Positions 21,851 to 29,818 of a DNA stretch of 64,000 bases are shown in pieces; the stretch's first letter is position 1; each line of letters opens with the position of its first letter. The translations under genes were made by a program, and so were the position numbers. The stretch lies in contig AWSN01000001.1 of the NCBI GenBank assembly GCA_000505065.1, forward strand, positions 385 through 64,384, written 5' to 3'. This stretch comes from Parcubacteria bacterium RAAC4_OD1_1 (lineage in GTDB: Bacteria; Patescibacteriota; Minisyncoccia; Phycocordibacterales; UBA9973). The notes beneath the pieces were generated by a model that was given only the letters and a program-made list of their open reading frames with translations, had not been told where the DNA came from and did no database searches.

Positions 21851-22410
21851 AAATAAAAAGAATTCTAAATGATTTAGAATATGAAATAGTTGATCAAATA
21901 TTAGTTGCTGAAATATGCTTTAATATTTGTAAGACAACTCCTATTATTAACGGAAGAGGTAGTGATTTTATACCTTTTTATTATAATTTAAATTTTTCTA
22001 AAGGGATAATAACTCTTCACAGTTTGCTCTTATCTAAACAATTTGATGAAATAACAATTAAAAATTATTTAAAACAATATAAAACTGAACATCCACTAAA
22101 AAATATAGAAGAATTTGAATGTGAGTTAAGTAAATTATCTAAGGAATGTAAAGATATATTACCTATTTCTTTAAGAAATAAAATTTGTGCACACATAGAT
22201 CAAGGTTTTACACATGTAGATTTTACAAATGCTTATATCTACCCATCAGCAATAGAAATTTATATTAATTTAATAATAAAATTAAAGAAATTATTTTTTA
22301 ATTTTTGTGGACATGCAGAATATGACCGCCCATTTGATAATATTCTGGAACAAAGTAAATTTATAACAAAAATAATTATTAATAACTCCTCAAATGACTA
22401 CAATCTATAA
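21847..22410 (+). CDS. HEPN-like (AbiU2-type) putative RNase
   Basis: Helical protein with LRNKICAHID (Rx5H); ATGA overlap with the upstream gene. Confidence 0.55.
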   Translation: MKIKRILNDLEYEIVDQILVAEICFNICKTTPIINGRGSDFIPFYYNLNFSKGIITLHSLLLSKQFDEITIKNYLKQYKTEHPLKNIEEFECELSKLSKECKDILPISLRNKICAHIDQGFTHVDFTNAYIYPSAIEIYINLIIKLKKLFFNFCGHAEYDRPFDNILEQSKFITKIIINNSSNDYNL

Positions 22411-22411
22411 T

Positions 22412-23734
22412 TTAATATCTATCTAAAACTATTTTTTTATTTTTCAACAAAATCTTACTTTTTAAACACCCAAGTAGTTCTCTCTTCTCAGCATCTGTTC
22501 CATCTCTTAATACATACTTAGCATATCCTCGAATATCAATATTTGATATTTTTACTTTTTCTTTATTGCCAAGGAAGAAGTTTTGCATTTTAGAGAATCT
22601 TTCTATGTCTTCTTTAATCTTTTCCTTAACTTGGATTTCGTTAATATCTATTTTTTCAATTAATTCCTCAAATTGTTTCAATATTTCTTTCTCTTCTGTA
22701 TATCCACATTTACAATCTGTCCCTCTGGCTTTAGTGCAACCATAATATACATATCTAGTTATTGTTCCATTCTTGTATTTCTTAAACTTTTCATCTGCAC
22801 ATATTCCAGACCCACAAAGTCCACAAGTCATCATTTTAGTGAAAGCGAATTCTTTACCCTCTACTCTTAGTACTTGGCTCTTAATCTGTTCTTGAACTAA
22901 ATTAAATAATTCTTTAGTTATTAAAGGTTCATGTTTTCCTGTGTACCAATTGCCACTCTTTTTTGGATATTCAAATACTCCATAATAGAAGGGATTATCT
23001 AGTATTTTGTATATATTACCTAGACTAAGATGTTTCTTTCCATTAAAAGTTCTGAAGTTTAGGTCAAATCGAAGCCAATTATATAACTTTCTCCCACTCC
23101 AATGTTCATATGCAACTTTCTCAAACATTTTCTTGATTGTTAGTGCTCGTTCAGGATCTAATATTGCTTGGCATTTTCTATCTGTTCTTTTTTCATTTAA
23201 GTACCCAGTCGGTGCCACTCCTGGTCGCAGTCCCATTTCACATCTAGTTCGTAATCCTCGTTTAACATTTACACTTTTATTATCATTCTCTAGTTTTGCT
23301 TGAGAACATAGAATCATTAATAAAAACTTTTCATTTGGTGAGTTTTTAAAATGTTGCCCATATGTTCTGATTTCTAAAAGTAACTGTTGATCCATTAAAT
23401 CTACTACTGATCCAAGATCACCTGCATTTCTTGAAAGTCTATCTGGTGCCCAAGTAAGTATTCCATTAAATCGTCCACGTCGTATATCTTCCAATATTTC
23501 TTTGTATACTGGTCGCTGTCCTGATTCTTTGGCACTATGTGATTCTCTTCTAATTTCCACTACCTCCAAACCATCTCGTTCAGCAAGTTGTAACATTTCT
23601 TTAACCTGTGAATCGATAGAGAGCACCTGTCTTTCTTCAGATTCTGTTGATTTACGAGCATATAGCACATATTTAATTTTTGGTGCTTGAACTAATATTT
23701 CCTTATTAATCCTAGCTGTTGCATATGTTTCCAT
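22412..23734 (-). CDS. Large serine recombinase (resolvase, recombinase and zinc-ribbon domains)
   Basis: YARKST catalytic Ser, DRLSRN, NPFYYG, HEPLI, CGLCG...YYGC. Confidence 0.92.
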   Translation of the reverse strand: METYATARINKEILVQAPKIKYVLYARKSTESEERQVLSIDSQVKEMLQLAERDGLEVVEIRRESHSAKESGQRPVYKEILEDIRRGRFNGILTWAPDRLSRNAGDLGSVVDLMDQQLLLEIRTYGQHFKNSPNEKFLLMILCSQAKLENDNKSVNVKRGLRTRCEMGLRPGVAPTGYLNEKRTDRKCQAILDPERALTIKKMFEKVAYEHWSGRKLYNWLRFDLNFRTFNGKKHLSLGNIYKILDNPFYYGVFEYPKKSGNWYTGKHEPLITKELFNLVQEQIKSQVLRVEGKEFAFTKMMTCGLCGSGICADEKFKKYKNGTITRYVYYGCTKARGTDCKCGYTEEKEILKQFEELIEKIDINEIQVKEKIKEDIERFSKMQNFFLGNKEKVKISNIDIRGYAKYVLRDGTDAEKRELLGCLKSKILLKNKKIVLDRY

Positions 23735-24548
23735 ATACCAATGGTGTCAGAGAATAATAGTATTGCTAAGTCTATGCAGAATTAGGGATTCGTCGCATAA
23801 TCGTATTGAAAATAGTGACATTTATATGTAACCTTATATGTCTAAGTACTGTCACTTTTGTCACTTTTTGAAGTCGCACGAGATACGTCGTTATGGTAAT
23901 ATAAAATTATTAGAAATAATGTTACAGGGCTTATCGGGGAAAGGTCCTAACACGAGGAACACCGCAAAAAAACAAAATCGGGTTTCCCTCGAAAAAATGC
24001 GGCGTCGCGAAGCGACGACGATTGGATTTCCACTAATTTATCTTTTTCATTTTCCACTAACATCCATTTAGCCCAATCGAGTGGCAAAGAAACTTTTTTG
24101 ATTTCATTTATTTTATTGATTAATAATTGGGGTTCATTTTCTACTCTAACTTCTAGTTTTTCCGCGGAAAAAAGTGTATTATATATACATATAGTAGTTA
24201 GTTAATACTAATTATTGTTTTGTGTATATTATTAATCAATAGTTTTTTAAATCAATATAAAATTCTATTATTAGAAATAAATTTTAATAATAGAAAATTA
24301 TAATATGAAATATCAAAAATACACGCTTAGTTTTTTATTTTTATTAATGTTTGTAATTGCTACTCCTTCTTTATATGAGGAATTTTAGAGGTGTGTTAAT
24401 GCAGAATAATCTTGGTTTTAGAGTAGGAGATACTATACAAGTGATAAGTAAAATAATGGAAGATAATACTATCCAAGCTGTATTAATGTGTAAAGTTAAT
24501 TTACCAAAGGGTATTAGAAATATTAATAATTAATTAAAATAAAATAAA

Positions 24549-25382
24549 ATGAAATCTAAATTTGCATTTCTTTTGATTCTAGTCTTCTCATTTTTATTAA
24601 TCTCTCCTCCAATGTTTGCCTCTACAAGTGATGGAACAATAGACTCAACATATAAATATGCATGGGGCGAGAATGTCGGCTTTATAGATTTTGGCTCTAC
24701 GGCAGGAGCAGTACATGTTACAGATACAGCACTCTCTGGCTCCGCGTACGGAGAGAATATTGGATGGATAAATCTATCTACTGTTACAAATAATAATGAA
24801 GGAACTCTCTCTGGCTATGCTTGGGGAGAGAATGTAGGATTTATTGATTTTTCTAAAGTTACTATCGGTACGGATGGTGTATTTTCTGGCTCTGCATATG
24901 GCGAAAATATTGGATGGATAACATTTGGAACTACAGATAATAAAGTAGTAACAGATTGGAAACCAGCAAGCTCTAGAATTACAACCCATCACTCTTTTTC
25001 AGGTTCATTAATAAGACCAATAGTAACTCCTATAACTCCACCAATAACAACACCACAAGTTACACCTACTACCCCCTGTCTAAATGGAGCTTTATTTAAT
25101 ACAAATACTGGTTTTCCTTGTTCTGTTAATACTTCTAATCCTTCGGACGGGCAAGTAACTCTTACAAATATTACTCGTAATTTGAAACTTACCATTCCTC
25201 TTATGAATGGCCCTGACATCAAAGACTTGCAAACATACTTAAATACTCATTCATACAATTGTGGAATAGTTGACGGAATATTTGGCAATAAAACCAAACA
25301 AGCTGTTATTAAATTCCAACTAGCTAATCAATTAAAAGGGGATGGAGTCGTCGGCCCCATGACGAGAAGTAAATTAAAATAA
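24549..25382 (+). CDS. Secreted protein with four [AW]GEN[VI]G[FW]I repeats, a Pro/Thr linker and a C-terminal peptidoglycan-binding domain
   Basis: Signal peptide; DIKDLQTYL...DGIFGNKTKQAVIKFQ...DGVVGPMT. Confidence 0.8.
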   Translation: MKSKFAFLLILVFSFLLISPPMFASTSDGTIDSTYKYAWGENVGFIDFGSTAGAVHVTDTALSGSAYGENIGWINLSTVTNNNEGTLSGYAWGENVGFIDFSKVTIGTDGVFSGSAYGENIGWITFGTTDNKVVTDWKPASSRITTHHSFSGSLIRPIVTPITPPITTPQVTPTTPCLNGALFNTNTGFPCSVNTSNPSDGQVTLTNITRNLKLTIPLMNGPDIKDLQTYLNTHSYNCGIVDGIFGNKTKQAVIKFQLANQLKGDGVVGPMTRSKLK

Positions 25383-25395
25383 TTATTAATAACCT

Positions 25396-25418
25396 TGAGC
25401 TAGGCAAGACCTAGCTCA
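25396..25418. repeat. REP-like palindrome, family B variant core AGGCAAGACCT
   Basis: tgagctagg-caaga-cctagctca. Confidence 0.6.
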
Positions 25419-25427
25419 GAAAACAAT

Positions 25428-26399
25428 ATGAAAAAACTTTTAAAAACAATTCCATACATAATCATTGCAGTATTAGTCGGAGTAACAGTAGCCTATGCAG
25501 GGACACTTACTCCCCCAGGAGCACCTGCCAAGTCTATGAAGTCACTCTCTGACTTATATGAACTTGTAAATACAGGAGCCAATACTCCCTCTACTGACTT
25601 CACTACTCCATCTACCGTCGCTTCTACTATGACATCTATCGGAGATGTATATGACACTCTTAAGACAAAAATAACAGATATAGACTCTACAAAGATACTT
25701 ACAGGAACTACGATATTTGGAAAAGCTGGAAGTGCGAGTGCTGGAGGTGTCAATTTAGTAAACATGTTCAATGGAACCTGTGGAAATGGAGCAGGTGCTT
25801 GCCCATCTGGAGAATTTACTGGAGGGACCCAAGCTCTCGGAGGAGTTGATGATGCTAACTCTGGCCCAGATATTCCATTAACACCACCAACCGATAGATA
25901 TGAAACTACTTGGACAGCTTGTAATGTTGGGAATAGTTACTGTGGGACAGAAGACACAGGAGCAAATATGAAAGACGAAGCTACAGGATTAGTCTGGAGT
26001 TATCCATTAAAAGGACTAGGTGGAGCAACTTTCGACACAGTAGCCCCAACTCCTGATCCGTATTGTCTATCTGCTACTTATGATGCATTGAGTTGTTATT
26101 GGGATACAGACACTTACTACTCTTGGGATGCTTCAAGAGTAGATAATGATAGTAAAACAGCACAACAGCTTTGTTCTGATCATACCGGCTGGTCTCTTCC
26201 TCATCAGAAACAACTCATGCAAGCTTATATTGATGGTGGATATGGCAATCTTGACCCAGTAGGTGTCGATCGCAATTACTGGTCGGCTACTACCCATTCG
26301 TACTATGCGAACTACGCGTGGGGCATCAATTTGCCGTATGGCTACACAGACACCTACACTAAGTTCAACAACAATAATGTTCGTTGTGTCCGAGAATAG
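25428..26399 (+). CDS. Secreted DUF1566/Lcl-type (C-type lectin fold) protein with a DGR-like C-terminal variable region
   Basis: DEATGLVW, WSLP..KQL, YWSATT...AW.I....G.....K.....VRCVR. Confidence 0.8.
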   Translation: MKKLLKTIPYIIIAVLVGVTVAYAGTLTPPGAPAKSMKSLSDLYELVNTGANTPSTDFTTPSTVASTMTSIGDVYDTLKTKITDIDSTKILTGTTIFGKAGSASAGGVNLVNMFNGTCGNGAGACPSGEFTGGTQALGGVDDANSGPDIPLTPPTDRYETTWTACNVGNSYCGTEDTGANMKDEATGLVWSYPLKGLGGATFDTVAPTPDPYCLSATYDALSCYWDTDTYYSWDASRVDNDSKTAQQLCSDHTGWSLPHQKQLMQAYIDGGYGNLDPVGVDRNYWSATTHSYYANYAWGINLPYGYTDTYTKFNNNNVRCVRE

Positions 26400-26477
26400 G
26401 TTTCGCTTTGGTGCATTAGTAGAGCGTAGTAGAAAAATTAAAATTAATATTAAAATCTATGCTATAATATAAAAATT

Positions 26478-27173
26478 ATGGAAAATACAACAAATAACAT
26501 TATAAACAGTAAGAAGTTTCTAGGGATTGCTATTATTATTTTTGCAGTTTTATTATCAGTCGCTTTCTTTTTTGCAGCTATGGGATTTTCTAAACAAGGT
26601 TCCTATGTCGAAGTAAAAGGACTTTCTGAGAGAATTGTAAAAGCAGATACTGCTATATGGTCAATGACATTTGAAGTAAAATCAAATAATGTTGAGCAAA
26701 TGTATTCCGAAATAGAGAAGAATATTACAGCTATTAAAACATTTTTAAAAAGTAAAGGGTTTGAAGATAGTGAAATAAATATTGCTCCAGCAAACATTTA
26801 CCAAGATACTTATGGAAATGCTAATTTCAGATATAATGCAAACAATCAAATTTCTGTTTATACAAAGAAAGTTGATCTAGCGAAAATCACTTCCGCAGAT
26901 ACTCTTCCTTTGATGAAAAGTGGAGTAGTGCTTAACCAAAGTAATGTTTCTTTTGAATTATCAGATATAAACAGTATCAAACCTGAAATGCTAGCTGAAG
27001 CAGTAGAAAATGCTAAAAATACTGCAAATCAATTCGCAGAAAATTCTCTTTCGTCTGTCGGGAAAGTTTCTCGTGGAAATCAAGGAGTTTTTGATATCAC
27101 AGAAAAAGATCCTGGTTCTCCTGAATATAAGAAGATACGTTTAGTTTCCACATTAAGATTTCTTTTGAAATAA
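26478..27173 (+). CDS. SIMPL (DUF541) domain protein
   Basis: VEVKGLSERIVKAD, IKPEMLAEA, QGVFDI, KKIRLV. Confidence 0.85.
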   Translation: MENTTNNIINSKKFLGIAIIIFAVLLSVAFFFAAMGFSKQGSYVEVKGLSERIVKADTAIWSMTFEVKSNNVEQMYSEIEKNITAIKTFLKSKGFEDSEINIAPANIYQDTYGNANFRYNANNQISVYTKKVDLAKITSADTLPLMKSGVVLNQSNVSFELSDINSIKPEMLAEAVENAKNTANQFAENSLSSVGKVSRGNQGVFDITEKDPGSPEYKKIRLVSTLRFLLK

Positions 27174-27179
27174 ATTTTT

Positions 27180-27347
27180 ATGATAGAAAATAATATACAA
27201 ATAATTTGGGTATCACTTCTTGCCCTTGGTCTAGTCAAGGTCATAATAATTGTTGTTATTATTGGTATTTTATCCAAGATTCAGCCAATACTTGGACTTC
27301 TTGCTTCAATACTTTTTATCGCTTATTTACTTCATTGGATAGGCTAA
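27180..27347 (+). CDS. Putative 55-aa membrane protein
   Basis: Hand-translated ORF with two hydrophobic helices that fills the gap between neighbours. Confidence 0.45.
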   Translation: MIENNIQIIWVSLLALGLVKVIIIVVIIGILSKIQPILGLLASILFIAYLLHWIG

Positions 27348-27353
27348 TAAGGT

Positions 27354-28043
27354 ATGTCTCATCAGGGTAATATTTGGGATAGAGAATATAATAATCCAAA
27401 GTTTGTCACAAAAAATGATGGTCCACAGGCGGACACGTTGCGTTTTTTGAAGTTTCTTAAAAAAGAAAAGAAAGTAAAATTAGAAAATCTAAATATCCTT
27501 GATCTTGGTTGCGGAACAGGTAGGAATTCAAATTATTTGAGTGGTTTGGGAAATAGTGTAATAGGAATTGAAATCTCTAAAACTGCTTTAAATCTAGCCA
27601 AAACTCGTTCTGTCCAAACCCAGTTTGGACGAGTGGAATATATTCTTGGTGATATAGGGGAGCCATATAATGTAGATGATAATTGGGCTGATGTGATACT
27701 TGATGTGACATCTTCTAATTCTCTAAATGAAAAAGGAAGAGAAGTTTATTTATCTGAAATGAATAGAGTCCTTAAAAAGGGTGGGTATATTTTTGTGCGT
27801 GCACTTTGTAAAGATGGAAATAAAAATGTAAAAAACTTATTAAAGAATAATCCTGGTAAAGAATACGACACTTATGTGATAAAAGAGATAGGTCTTACCG
27901 AGAGAGTATTTTCACGAGAAGATTTTATAAAAACTTACAGTAGATATTTCAAAATTTTAAAATTAGAAAAGAAAACAAATTATACGACATTTAATGATCG
28001 CATTTACAAGCGTGATTACTTCATTGCTTATATTCAAAAATAA
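27354..28043 (+). CDS. Class I SAM-dependent methyltransferase
   Basis: ILDLGCGTGRN motif I; RVLKKGG. Confidence 0.9.
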   Translation: MSHQGNIWDREYNNPKFVTKNDGPQADTLRFLKFLKKEKKVKLENLNILDLGCGTGRNSNYLSGLGNSVIGIEISKTALNLAKTRSVQTQFGRVEYILGDIGEPYNVDDNWADVILDVTSSNSLNEKGREVYLSEMNRVLKKGGYIFVRALCKDGNKNVKNLLKNNPGKEYDTYVIKEIGLTERVFSREDFIKTYSRYFKILKLEKKTNYTTFNDRIYKRDYFIAYIQK

Positions 28044-28172
28044 TTTTAATCATATTTTGGCGAGATTTGATATACTAAATAAGCTTACCTTTTTAAAAGG
28101 AATAGTGTTATAATATACATAGTAGTAGTTTTTAGGTCATTATTAGTTTATTAATTTTTAAATTATAAAAAT

Positions 28173-28937
28173 ATGAAAAATAAAATTTCGATTGTTATAA
28201 CATTTGTTATGGTTTTGTTATTAGTTTTTGTTTCTTCTAGTATTCAAGCAGAAGAAAAAAATACTAAAAGTGGTGGTTTGGAAATAGAAAATCAATTAAA
28301 AACAGAATTGTCTAATCAAGGGGAAAATACACAACTTCAAGTTGAAAATAAAATTGAACTTCAAGTTGGAACCGATGTTGATTCTAGTATTGATGTTAAT
28401 GTAAAAGGTAAATCAAATTTGAATGATGAAAATGAATCTGTTGGAGATGAAGATGAATCTAATAAAACAGATAAAGATAATTCAAACAATAAGGATGAAG
28501 AAGAAAGAAAGGTGAAGAGCGAAGAGCATAGAAGTATGGTATCAATAGCTGTAAAAGAAATGCTTAGTGTAGCAAATAGAATTGGAGGAATAGGCGAGCA
28601 AGTTCGGGTTATTGCTCAAAATCAAGTAAAGGCTCATCAAGAACTAGAAGTAAAATTAGAATCAGTTCAGACCAGGAGTAATTTTTCAAAGTTTTTTATA
28701 GGTCCAAAATATAATGAAATAAATGATTTAAAAAACCTTTTAACTCAAAATAAAGAACAGATAAAAGAATTAAACAAAATAAAATTAGAAGTTTCTAATG
28801 AGAGTGAACAGCAGATTTTAGCAGAACAAATTTCTCTTTTAGAAAAAGTTAACCTAGAAATAGAGAGTTCTCTTCAGGCAGAAGCAGAAAGTTTTAGTTT
28901 GTTTGGTTGGGTATCAAAAATATTTATCAAAAAATAA
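28173..28937 (+). CDS. Secreted hypothetical protein, acidic and coiled-coil
   Basis: Signal peptide, EEHRS..GGIGEQVR..A..Q segment, C-terminal FSLFGW. Confidence 0.65.
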   Translation: MKNKISIVITFVMVLLLVFVSSSIQAEEKNTKSGGLEIENQLKTELSNQGENTQLQVENKIELQVGTDVDSSIDVNVKGKSNLNDENESVGDEDESNKTDKDNSNNKDEEERKVKSEEHRSMVSIAVKEMLSVANRIGGIGEQVRVIAQNQVKAHQELEVKLESVQTRSNFSKFFIGPKYNEINDLKNLLTQNKEQIKELNKIKLEVSNESEQQILAEQISLLEKVNLEIESSLQAEAESFSLFGWVSKIFIKK

Positions 28938-28958
28938 TTTTAACATTTAATTTTATTT

Positions 28959-28987
28959 AACAGAGTAAGGCAAGACCTTACTCTGTT
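28959..28987. repeat. REP-like palindrome, family B variant core AGGCAAGACCT
   Basis: aacagagtaagg-caaga-ccttactctgtt. Confidence 0.65.
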
Positions 28988-29026
28988 TTATTTAACTATA
29001 AAAAGGATAGGTGTTATAATACTTTT

Positions 29027-29815
29027 ATGGATAAAAAGGGAAGTATTGGAGTTTTTGATTCAGGGCTCGGAGGGCTCTTTGTTTTAAAGCATTTAAAAGA
29101 GGAATTACCTGACTATGATTATATCTTCTTGGGGGATCAGGCCAATATGCCCTATGGTGATAAGACTAAAGATGAGTTATTTTTACTTGCCACAAAAGCT
29201 TTGGATTTTCTTTATGGAGAGATGAATTGTATGGGGGTGATCCTTGCTTGCAACACCATAAGCTCGACTATTTATGATAGACTCCGCGAATGGAAAGATG
29301 AAAAATATTTTGGGAGAATTCTTTTTGGAATTGTCCGCCCGACAGTAGAATCTTTTGATCCTGATGAAAAGACGGTAATATTTGCAACTCCACGGACGTG
29401 TGAATCAGAAGTTTATGAAGAATTTTTTAAAAATCATATTAAAGATTATATAAAAATTCCAATGAAAGATTTGGCTTATAAGATAGAAAATAAAGAAGAA
29501 ACTTTGTCATACATAGAGTCATTTAAAAAATTAGTGGATGGTAGTATTACAAAAGGGGCACTGCTCTGTACACATTATGGGATAAAGAAAGATGATTTCA
29601 AAAAAGCATTTCCTAAAATTAAAAATTGGATATACCAAGAAGAGCTTATCCCTAATTATCTGCGAGAATATTTTAAAGAATTCCCGGAGAGAGAAGAATT
29701 CTTTTCTAAAAATAGAAAATTGGAAATATATACGACCAAAGAAAATGAGAATTTTAATGATTTTGCAAAAAAGTGGTTTGGGGTGGATTTAAGAATAAAT
29801 TTAATTAATAAATAA
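29027..29815 (+). CDS. murI: Glutamate racemase
   Basis: IGVFDSGLGG, PYGDK, ACNT and CTHY catalytic Cys motifs. Confidence 0.88.
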   Translation: MDKKGSIGVFDSGLGGLFVLKHLKEELPDYDYIFLGDQANMPYGDKTKDELFLLATKALDFLYGEMNCMGVILACNTISSTIYDRLREWKDEKYFGRILFGIVRPTVESFDPDEKTVIFATPRTCESEVYEEFFKNHIKDYIKIPMKDLAYKIENKEETLSYIESFKKLVDGSITKGALLCTHYGIKKDDFKKAFPKIKNWIYQEELIPNYLREYFKEFPEREEFFSKNRKLEIYTTKENENFNDFAKKWFGVDLRINLINK

Positions 29816-29818
29816 TAT

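Larger units (their letters stand above)
20716..27350. mobile_element. Putative tRNA-adjacent genomic island; right boundary uncertain
   Basis: Starts after tRNA-Ser and holds a serine recombinase plus accessory genes. No att duplication seen. Confidence 0.45.

Noticed and set aside
23838-24071. 77-aa ORF upstream of the recombinase
   Set aside because: No recognisable motifs and it overlaps hairpin-rich intergenic DNA
24305-24533. Possible frameshifted gene remnant (signal-like MKYQKYTLSF... then GFRVGDTIQV...)
   Set aside because: Too short and degraded to assign
20716-27350. Prophage, or attL/attR duplication of the tRNA 3' end
   Set aside because: No phage structural or replication genes, and no repeat of the tRNA end found by eye
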